From a virus, in the IMG/VR virus record IMGVR_UViG_3300017978_000305, positions 10,231 to 74,230 of that record: DNA of 64,000 nucleotides; one strand, written 5' to 3'. This document shows positions 34,098 to 40,980 of this stretch, piece after piece (position 1 is the stretch's first letter; the number at the start of each line of letters is the position of its first letter). The notes beneath the pieces were generated by a model, which was not told where the DNA came from, ran no database searches, and was given only the letters and a program-made list of their open reading frames with translations. The translations under genes were made by a program, and so were the position numbers.

Positions 34098-34367
34098 ATG
34101 GAAGACGAACTAGGAGTAGCTGGTGGCTGGCACACCATGAAAAATGTACTGCTTAGGATTCTTGCAGTGTTCGCAGCATCTGGACTAAGTGTATTGGGTG
34201 CAGGTGCAGTTGTTGGCATTGATATGTTGTCAGCTGTATTCATGGCTGGTATACTAGGTGTTGCAACAGTAGTAGAGCGACTTGCACGTGCATTCCTTGA
34301 CGACGGTAAGCTAACTATGGCTGAAATCAATGATGCATTTTCTAAAGTAGACAAAAACTCTAACTAA
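34098..34367 (+). CDS. Holin-like membrane protein
   Basis: 89 aa, 2 TM segments, charged C-terminus ('ERLARAFLDDGKLT'). Confidence 0.45.
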   Translation: MEDELGVAGGWHTMKNVLLRILAVFAASGLSVLGAGAVVGIDMLSAVFMAGILGVATVVERLARAFLDDGKLTMAEINDAFSKVDKNSN

Positions 34368-34374
34368 AAAGTAG

Positions 34375-34403
34375 TTGACAACCCCTCTTGTAAGGTATAC
34401 AAT
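34375..34403 (+). promoter_or_regulatory. Sigma-A/70-type promoter
   Basis: TTGACA-17 nt-TACAAT. Confidence 0.75.
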
Positions 34404-34432
34404 TAGTATATAAATACGAGAGGGGTTTTCAT

Positions 34433-34621
34433 ATGAGTGGAGTATACGAAGAGCACGAGTTCCGTGCTTGGCTTACCAGTGGTATTGAAAAGGGCTGGGT
34501 GTCAGATCCGTTTTGCTACACTCACGATGGTGATCCCTACATGACTGAAGAAGAAGAAAAAGAATGGGAAGATGGCGGAGATCCATGTTCTCACGTAGTT
34601 AAACTAATCATAGGAAGATAA
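34433..34621 (+). CDS. Hypothetical protein
   Basis: 62 aa acidic ORF ('FCYTHDGDP'). Confidence 0.55.
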   Translation: MSGVYEEHEFRAWLTSGIEKGWVSDPFCYTHDGDPYMTEEEEKEWEDGGDPCSHVVKLIIGR

Positions 34622-34626
34622 ATTAA

Positions 34627-35436
34627 ATGGGTATGAAAAAAGTAATCGGACTATCTGCGGTAGCACTTGCAGTAGCCTCAATGTTTTCCGTAGCACCAGC
34701 TCAGGCAGATGCTAAGTCACTAGTTGTAATTGATAGCTACTTTGACTCTCGTATTGGAGATACGCCCATTGTATGTGTAACAGGTAACTCTTGCATTATT
34801 GATACAAGAACCAAGAGCACCTCTCTTACTCATCCAGTAAATCATGGCGTGGCTATGGTTGATGCTGTAAAGTCTAAGTTTCCACAGGTAAACGTAATCG
34901 CTCTAAGAGCAGCCGATGCAAAGACAGAGATGAATGTTGGACATCTAGTTTCAGCACTAGAGTGGGCATTGCAGAATAAGGGATCTATCTCAGCACTGTC
35001 TTTATCTCGTAAGATGAATGGACCAGCTCATAACCGTACTGGCTGTGATGCTGCAACTGTAAACACTGCACACCTAGGTGGTAAGGCAGGAGCAGATGCA
35101 AAGGTTCGTTCGCTAATTGCAGAGCTAAGATCAAGCGGTATTCCAGTGTTTGTATCTACTGGTAACGGTCGTGGCAATGTAGTAGATTATCCAGCATGTA
35201 TTGAAGACACTAACTCAGTTTCTACTGGCTCTGAGAACAAGCTTGGCCTACCAGCAAGCGTAGACAAGTTCAATGCAGGCACTGACTACTTTGTATCTAT
35301 TGCAAACAACAAGTTTAGCATTACAGGAATCTTGTTTCCTTCACTGCCTAACACTACATCACTTGCAACTGTCCTAGCAGCTGCAAAATATACTGCAGAA
35401 TCTAACTTGACAAAGTTTATTTCTGTGCTACCATAG
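34627..35436 (+). CDS. Secreted subtilisin-like (S8) protease
   Basis: Signal peptide (AQA); Asp 'VVIDS', His 'NHGV', oxyanion 'STGN', Ser 'NTTSLAT'. Confidence 0.65.
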   Translation: MGMKKVIGLSAVALAVASMFSVAPAQADAKSLVVIDSYFDSRIGDTPIVCVTGNSCIIDTRTKSTSLTHPVNHGVAMVDAVKSKFPQVNVIALRAADAKTEMNVGHLVSALEWALQNKGSISALSLSRKMNGPAHNRTGCDAATVNTAHLGGKAGADAKVRSLIAELRSSGIPVFVSTGNGRGNVVDYPACIEDTNSVSTGSENKLGLPASVDKFNAGTDYFVSIANNKFSITGILFPSLPNTTSLATVLAAAKYTAESNLTKFISVLP

Positions 35437-35448
35437 ATTATAATTAAA

Positions 35449-35515
35449 TAGAGTGACGGAGATCAGGTCCCTGTAACACGAAAGTGTCGATCAAACCCCT
35501 CTCAGGTGAATTCTA
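35449..35515 (+). ncRNA. Glycine-riboswitch-like structured leader (candidate)
   Basis: Closing stem TAGAGT/ATTCTA; internal GGAGA, TAACACGAAAG and CTCTCAGGT signatures; TATAAT at 35439-35444. Confidence 0.3.
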
Positions 35516-35562
35516 GAGTAGTAGCCTGACACCCTGTCCCCAGTGCGTCTTGGGGGACATCT

Positions 35563-35634
35563 TCCTCACTAGCTCAACGGCAGAGCAACGAGCTGTTAAC
35601 TCGTGGGTTCCTAGTTCGAATCTAGGGTGGGGAG
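35563..35634 (+). tRNA. tRNA-Asn(GTT)
   Basis: Acceptor TCCTCAC/GTGGGGA, anticodon arm ACGAG-CTGTTAA-CTCGT, T loop TTCGAAT. Confidence 0.92.
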
Positions 35635-35804
35635 CGATAGAGATTACTACTCTATTACGCTATCGCTACCGTGCGGTGAAATCGGTAGAGGTGTCCAGGC
35701 ATCGGAATCTGGAACAGGCAGAGGTATGTATCTGCTGGGAGTTAGTCCACTTCCGTAGAAAAGGCTCAGAGGCAGAATGGCTCGTAATCATGGCTGTCTC
35801 ACTT

Positions 35805-35872
35805 GGATAGATGGTGTAATTGGCAACACGGCGTTGATCAGCCAGTTGGGAGTTCGAATCTCTCTCTATCCA
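35805..35872 (+). ncRNA. tRNA-like RNA with a shortened anticodon arm
   Basis: Perfect acceptor GGATAGA/TCTATCC+A, D arm GTGT-AATTGGCA-ACAC, T arm GGGAG-TTCGAAT-CTCTC; only 18 nt between the D and T arms. Confidence 0.75.
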
Positions 35873-36014
35873 CAAACAGTAAGTCCCTTCGTAACGGACC
35901 TGGAGTTATATAACACTCAAGGTCGCAGCCCTACGGACTTGCTGGGAGATAGTCTGCGAGCTCAAGGGCTATCTCTAATAGACTTACAACTGCGGTTCGT
36001 AATTGTTCAGCACC

Positions 36015-36043
36015 TTGCAAGAGATTAAGTTGTAAGCTATAAT
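36015..36043 (+). promoter_or_regulatory. Sigma-A/70-type promoter inside the RNA island
   Basis: TTGCAA-17 nt-TATAAT. Confidence 0.7.
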
Positions 36044-36141
36044 AGAGTGCACCACACTTGGTTAATTAAACCTGAGTACAGGCAATAGGTTATCCAGGGT
36101 GCATCCGTCAAGGTTAGTCCACCAGTGTATGCAAACGGCTA

Positions 36142-36209
36142 GGGGTTGTATGGTAACTGGAAGCACTCCAGGTGAAGCCATGTCAAACGGTGCAAATCCG
36201 ACAACCCCA
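36142..36209 (+). ncRNA. Second tRNA-like RNA (degenerate D and anticodon arms)
   Basis: GGGGTTGT/ACAACCCC+A closing stem, T-loop-like CGG-TGCAAAT-CCG, D-loop-like ATGGTAACTGGAAGCAC. Confidence 0.5.
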
Positions 36210-36289
36210 CGATTCTTGCTAGAGACGGGTATGTATGTGCCCACTCATGTGCCTCTACTGCCAGTCACAAAGTCTGGCCGAGAATCATT

Positions 36290-36363
36290 GGCTTCGTAGC
36301 TCAGTAGGTTAGAGCACCACCCTGTCACGGTGGGGGTCGTGGGTTCAAGTCCCATCGGAGTCG
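36290..36363 (+). tRNA. tRNA-Asp(GTC)
   Basis: Acceptor GGCTTCG/CGGAGTC, anticodon arm CCACC-CTGTCAC-GGTGG. Confidence 0.93.
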
Positions 36364-36520
36364 CTCTTTGCAAAGCGGTCCTGAACAACCGTTGTAAAGA
36401 TCGTGTAATTGAAGACTACGGTGTTCCAGCGGTAAGGTTGAGGAGTTCAGCCAACACATCATGCGTCTATGCGAGAACTTAGATTACACAGCCATCAGCT
36501 CTTGCGTGGATGGCAACCAA

Positions 36521-36593
36521 GGTCCGTTGGAGTAGTGGTTATCTCGTCTGCCTTTCACGCAGAAGATCACGGGTTCGAAACCCGTACGGACTG
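36521..36593 (+). tRNA. tRNA-Glu(TTC)
   Basis: Acceptor GGTCCGT/ACGGACT, anticodon arm TCTGC-CTTTCAC-GCAGA. Confidence 0.93.
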
Positions 36594-36608
36594 CTATAAT
36601 ATATACAT

Positions 36609-36682
36609 GCTTCCTTAGCTCAGTTGGCCAGAGCAATCGCCTTGTAAGCGATAGGTCGTCAGTTCGAACCTGACAGGAAGCT
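36609..36682 (+). tRNA. tRNA-Thr(TGT)
   Basis: Acceptor GCTTCCT/AGGAAGC, anticodon arm ATCGC-CTTGTAA-GCGAT; TATAAT at 36595-36600. Confidence 0.93.
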
Positions 36683-36701
36683 CGAAAAGAAAGAGAATAC
36701 C

Positions 36702-37415
36702 TTGCTCATTATTGGTGGCTTAGACATTGGCAACAGACTAGACATTGGTCAAAGAATGATTGAGGCAATTAAAAAGTCTGATCTTGTTTTAGTAGAGAGC
36801 TATAGCCATTTTTCTAAGCTATGCCAAGATCTTTCTATATCCCCATCTGGAGAGGTTATAGAGTACTACGCCCCCATGCCAGAAAACGAAGAACAAAATG
36901 TTATTAGATTAGCTTTTTCATATTTAGAAAATGATAGATCTGTTTTGATTTGCCCAGATGATGGTATGGCTGGGATAGCTGATCCAGGCGGTAGGCTTGT
37001 GGCTATTGCACATGACAAAAAGATTCCAGTAGAAGTTATCCCTGGACCGTCAATCATATCTGCACTGCCAGCAGCTCTTGGAATGGGTGGAAAGTCATTT
37101 ATCTTTGATGATGATATCCCAGGTCCAGACAAGCTTGGTAGAGTTAAGAAACTTGAGTGGATAAAAGAGAGCAAGTCTCCCTACTTATTTTTGGTAAAGA
37201 ACAGAAGAGATGACAACTCTAAGCTAGCAGATATCTTTAATGATATTGAGATTGTTTTTGGAAAAGAGTATCCAGTAGGCATTGGCGTTAACGTCAGCAT
37301 GACAAATCAGGTTATTCTTCGTGGGCCAGTAAGCTTTCTTAAGTCTAAGATTGCCAGCCTAGGAATTAATCAATCGCACTTTGTTTCTATATTAGTCGAA
37401 GGTAAGTATGAATAA
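36702..37415 (+). CDS. RsmI-like tetrapyrrole-methylase-fold SAM methyltransferase
   Basis: 'IGNRLDI', 'DLVLVES', 'DDGMAGIADPGGRLV', 'VEVIPGPS' align with RsmI motifs PIGN..D / D.I.AED / DAG.P.ISDPG / V..IPGPS. Confidence 0.72.
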   Translation: MLIIGGLDIGNRLDIGQRMIEAIKKSDLVLVESYSHFSKLCQDLSISPSGEVIEYYAPMPENEEQNVIRLAFSYLENDRSVLICPDDGMAGIADPGGRLVAIAHDKKIPVEVIPGPSIISALPAALGMGGKSFIFDDDIPGPDKLGRVKKLEWIKESKSPYLFLVKNRRDDNSKLADIFNDIEIVFGKEYPVGIGVNVSMTNQVILRGPVSFLKSKIASLGINQSHFVSILVEGKYE

Positions 37416-38079
37416 GCCAGAAATGGTTAACAACACAGACTATGACTTCAATGTCTGGGAATCTTCTTATGATCCAAACTTTTCTGAGATATCTATTAAG
37501 TCTAGGATTCCAGAAAAGTGGTTGAATTTTCAAAAGGTATTGCAAGACAGCAAGTATTCTAATAGCATAATTAAACCAATAAACAGGTATGTAGCTAATC
37601 TTTATCCACCACCAAAGCTTGTTGACATATCAGGAAATACCGTTAGGCTTAGACAATATACTCACGCTGAAATATTTATTCTAGTTAATGAGACAAGTCA
37701 TAAGTTTTTAGACAGGCCATGGATGAGACAGTTTTATAAGTCAGCATTCCCTGGAGATCCTGACCCAGATTGCTTTGATGACTTTTTTGTTGCATACACT
37801 CCATGGGTTCTTGACTACAAGACTGAGGTTATCTTCGAGGTACCAGATGAGGAAAGTGCAATAAAGATTAATCCTACAAATAGGTTCTCTAGAGAGATAC
37901 CAAGAAACACAGCTTTGCTAGAGCCATTCATGATTCCTTTTAGGTTTAGAAAGACTGGCCCACATATGATTGACAGTGAGTTCGGTAAAGTAAAAAAGCC
38001 ATCGCCACTTTATGATATGGTTTTCCAGGCTGATGATATAATTATAGAAAGAGTTAAGGAATTCTATGCCAAAGATTAA
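37408..38079 (+). CDS. Hypothetical protein, possibly a distant relative of the two downstream ORFs
   Basis: 223 aa; C-terminal 'FRF...GKVKKPSPLYDM' resembles 'F...GVIKRGTPIAQI'. Confidence 0.45.
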   Translation: MNKPEMVNNTDYDFNVWESSYDPNFSEISIKSRIPEKWLNFQKVLQDSKYSNSIIKPINRYVANLYPPPKLVDISGNTVRLRQYTHAEIFILVNETSHKFLDRPWMRQFYKSAFPGDPDPDCFDDFFVAYTPWVLDYKTEVIFEVPDEESAIKINPTNRFSREIPRNTALLEPFMIPFRFRKTGPHMIDSEFGKVKKPSPLYDMVFQADDIIIERVKEFYAKD

Positions 38080-38788
38080 GTTTTACCAGTATAGCGAGAA
38101 CACTTCTGCCTATGCTGAGATGCCGCAACCAGCGAGCAAGTTTGTGCCAGATTGGTACAGGAAGCAGCGTGGTACTATCAATGATGCTGAGACCTTGCCA
38201 AAAGGTTATTCGACTGCTACCGTAAAAAAGTGCATGCCAGTGTTTGACTTGATGACTGCAGGGTACATGTTGACAATGCCATGCGATGTATACCTAGACT
38301 CTACAGATCCAGAAAAGCTTTCTTGGTCAGTTCCAGCACCGCTAAAGCAGTTTCAGGCTGACATGTTTTCTTTTCACGACAAGCAGCAGTATGATGAGTA
38401 TCCAATAGACAAGGATACAAAGCACCAGACCCTATTTAGAGTAATGCCATTTTGGTATGTTCAAACTGATCCTGGATACAGTGCCATCTTTATCAATCCA
38501 ATACACAGAGACACCTATCCACTAACGGCTATTCCTGCATTTGTAGACTCTGATAACTTTATTACTGAGGGTCACTTATCATTTATTGTTGATAAGGGAT
38601 TTAAGGGAGTAATTAAGAGGGGTACCCCAATTGCTCAGATAATTCCGATCAAGAGAGAAAGCTGGGAGTCTGAAGTAGTAAGCGTTGATGATTCAAAGTC
38701 AGAGCTAAACAAGCAGAGGCTAAGACTAAGAAGCATGTTTGCAAATGCCTACAAGGTTCTTTTCAGATCAAAGAAAGATTATGACTGA
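38066..38788 (+). CDS. DUF6065-like protein 1
   Basis: 'PASKFVPDWY', 'KKCMPVFDLMTAGY', 'RGTPIAQIIPIKRESW'. Confidence 0.55.
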   Translation: MPKIKFYQYSENTSAYAEMPQPASKFVPDWYRKQRGTINDAETLPKGYSTATVKKCMPVFDLMTAGYMLTMPCDVYLDSTDPEKLSWSVPAPLKQFQADMFSFHDKQQYDEYPIDKDTKHQTLFRVMPFWYVQTDPGYSAIFINPIHRDTYPLTAIPAFVDSDNFITEGHLSFIVDKGFKGVIKRGTPIAQIIPIKRESWESEVVSVDDSKSELNKQRLRLRSMFANAYKVLFRSKKDYD

Positions 38789-39551
38789 TCCTAACTACAT
38801 AAAGTTTGTGCCTGCCTTTAGGGAGCCAGGGAACAGGCTGTCTCCTCCAGAACCAGCAGTTAGGCATGTTCCAGAATGGTATAGAAGCCTTGCAAAGTTT
38901 GAGAGGTCAAATGATGACAAGACTCTTTCGCCTGTAAATAGCCTAGGCACTGATGGTGCTCAGGTTGCCACTAAAATGTGCATGCCATTCTTTGATGCCA
39001 TCACTGCAGGGTACCAGTATGTTCTTGAAGATGACTTGTACGTAGACCTAGATGCAGAAGGAAAGCCTATCCTATCCTGGAAGGGAGAGGTTATGGTTGT
39101 TGACAAGCGTCCAACAATTGAGGTCCCTGTCCCAGACAACTGTCATCCAATACACTACGGATGGAGGATGAATTGGTATTACGAAACCCCTCCTGGATAC
39201 TCTGTACTGATAACTCATCCAATGAATAGGCATGATCTACCCTTTTATACTTTATCTGGAATTGTCGAGTCTGACATATGGGGTCTACCAGTGTTCACTG
39301 CATTCTTTTTAAAAAGAAACTTTCGTGGGGTAATTCCAAAGGGCACGCCAATATTCCAGGTCATTCCATTCAAGAGAGAAGCGTGGGAGCTACAGGTAGT
39401 TGACAACGACGAAGAGCTAGAAAAGCACGAGGTCATGGCAGAAAACAGAAGGTCTCTACTTTATGGTTACTACAAAAAGACTGCTTGGAGAAAAAAGATC
39501 TTTGGAGTATTTGGTAAAAGGGTAAAGGATGTTAATCATGACGACGATTGA
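38781..39551 (+). CDS. DUF6065-like protein 2
   Basis: 'PAVRHVPEWY', 'KMCMPFFDAITAGY', 'KGTPIFQVIPFKREAW'; paralogue of the upstream ORF. Confidence 0.55.
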   Translation: MTDPNYIKFVPAFREPGNRLSPPEPAVRHVPEWYRSLAKFERSNDDKTLSPVNSLGTDGAQVATKMCMPFFDAITAGYQYVLEDDLYVDLDAEGKPILSWKGEVMVVDKRPTIEVPVPDNCHPIHYGWRMNWYYETPPGYSVLITHPMNRHDLPFYTLSGIVESDIWGLPVFTAFFLKRNFRGVIPKGTPIFQVIPFKREAWELQVVDNDEELEKHEVMAENRRSLLYGYYKKTAWRKKIFGVFGKRVKDVNHDDD

Positions 39552-40347
39552 TGTAATTATTTATTCTTTTAAAAATAAAAACTTGCCAAAGGTTGTAGAG
39601 TCTGTACTAAACAATACTAGCAGTGATGTAAAAATTTATGTATATGATCAGCATCCACTGTTGAGAGAGCATCTGTTTGTGGATGAGCGAGTTTCTTATA
39701 CTCATATTTTTTGGGACTGGATATATTCGCCAGCAACATTTAAAGTAAAGGCCATAAACAAATCATCTTCCGAATACATATTATTTTTATCTGACGACAT
39801 TTTGCTTTCTGATAATTGGGATGTAGAGTGTCTGGCACAAATAGCCAGTGTCCCAGACAGCTTAATATCTGGAATCGGCAAGCCATCTGTAAAAAAGAAA
39901 GATTTGTTTTCTATATCTGTTGACTACTCTACTTCACAAAGCTTTGACGAAACAATTCTAGTATCCAAAAACTTTTTGTTCGGGTCAAGAAAAGTCATTA
40001 AAAGAATATCATACCCGTCTGACGTTAAGTATTTTGGGGAAGACGAGCTACTATCCTTTAGGTTTTTTCACAGCGGAACCAAGGTATTTTCAGCTCCATC
40101 CAGCCTAGGTGAAGATCTTAAAGAAAGAACCCTGGAGACAAAGTATCACACCTTCTCTTTAGAGCACAAGTATAATAAAATATTTAAAGAAATTAGCAAT
40201 GAGTTTTGGATCGCTCTAGGCTTTGATAGCTGCCCAATCATACCATTACCATACAATGCGGATGATGTTTCTTACAATCCAAACCAAATAGACTTCAATG
40301 ATTTAGATTCTAGAAAATTTATATCTAACATCAAAGCCATTTACTGA
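39538..40347 (+). CDS. GT-A fold (GT2-like) glycosyltransferase
   Basis: 'IDVIIYSF', 'YILFLSDDILL' (DxD-like), 'YFGEDELLSFR'. Confidence 0.6.
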   Translation: MTTIDVIIYSFKNKNLPKVVESVLNNTSSDVKIYVYDQHPLLREHLFVDERVSYTHIFWDWIYSPATFKVKAINKSSSEYILFLSDDILLSDNWDVECLAQIASVPDSLISGIGKPSVKKKDLFSISVDYSTSQSFDETILVSKNFLFGSRKVIKRISYPSDVKYFGEDELLSFRFFHSGTKVFSAPSSLGEDLKERTLETKYHTFSLEHKYNKIFKEISNEFWIALGFDSCPIIPLPYNADDVSYNPNQIDFNDLDSRKFISNIKAIY

Positions 40348-40374
40348 TATAATTGTATTAAAGAAAGAGGTCGT

Positions 40375-40977
40375 ATGAGCCACAGAATAACCGTAATTGA
40401 TAACTTTATCACACCAGAAGATGCAGAGACTTTGATCAGAGAGCAGATGAGCCCCTCTGAGGTAAACCCTTATCCAGAGTACTATGCCAAAAGGTTTGGT
40501 GGCACAGCCTTTCCATACAACAAGACTGTTATGGATCTTTTAATTAAGTATGGGCATAAGTCCAACGAGGTCCACAGAGATGTAAATGGATTTGTTAATC
40601 CAATATATGTATTTAAGGCTTTTGGTTCTTGGTGGAATCCAGGAACTAAGGGTGACTTGCACCTAGATGCACAAGATCCAGAGCCATGGATTGAGTGGAG
40701 CACAATTATCTATCTTAACGATCCATCTGAGTATGAGGGTGGAGTAATCTATTTCCCTAATCAGGAGTTTGAGTATAAGCCTAGGAAGTATTCTGCTGTG
40801 TTCTTCCCAAGTGCAGGTTCCGAATATATTCATGGAATAACTACAATCACTAGTGGCAAGAGGCACACTGCTCTTTACATGCACACAAGCATTCCTCAGC
40901 ATGCAGATCCAGACTTTCACTCAGAGCAAGAGCGAGCTGTCTGGAACGCTAAAGAGCACCCAAACACAAGAAAGTAA
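40375..40977 (+). CDS. Prolyl-4-hydroxylase-like 2OG-Fe(II) oxygenase
   Basis: 'LHLDA', 'IIYLND...YEGG', 'YIHGI...GKRH'. Confidence 0.85.
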   Translation: MSHRITVIDNFITPEDAETLIREQMSPSEVNPYPEYYAKRFGGTAFPYNKTVMDLLIKYGHKSNEVHRDVNGFVNPIYVFKAFGSWWNPGTKGDLHLDAQDPEPWIEWSTIIYLNDPSEYEGGVIYFPNQEFEYKPRKYSAVFFPSAGSEYIHGITTITSGKRHTALYMHTSIPQHADPDFHSEQERAVWNAKEHPNTRK

Positions 40978-40980
40978 GTT

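Noticed and set aside
35671-35690. GCGGTGAAAT...GTAGAG resembles the 16S rRNA 690 loop
   Set aside because: Only a 10-nt exact match with a different closing stem; plausible by chance or as a generic T-loop-like motif.
36142-36209. tmRNA (GGGG 5' end)
   Set aside because: The closing stem is only 68 nt away, there is no G3:U70 pair, and no tag reading frame was identified.
35723-36236. Short repeats GTTAGTCCAC (35741, 36113) and GGTATGTAT (35723, 36228) in the RNA island
   Set aside because: One 9-10-nt repeat is roughly expected by chance in about 1 kb.
35550-36299. Tracked ORFs of 60-86 aa across the tRNA island
   Set aside because: They overlap tRNAs, lack RBSs and look like chance ORFs.
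35437-36690. Group I intron, RNase P, SRP or HDV-like/theta ribozyme in the island
   Set aside because: Their diagnostic cores were not recognisable by eye; left open pending cmscan.
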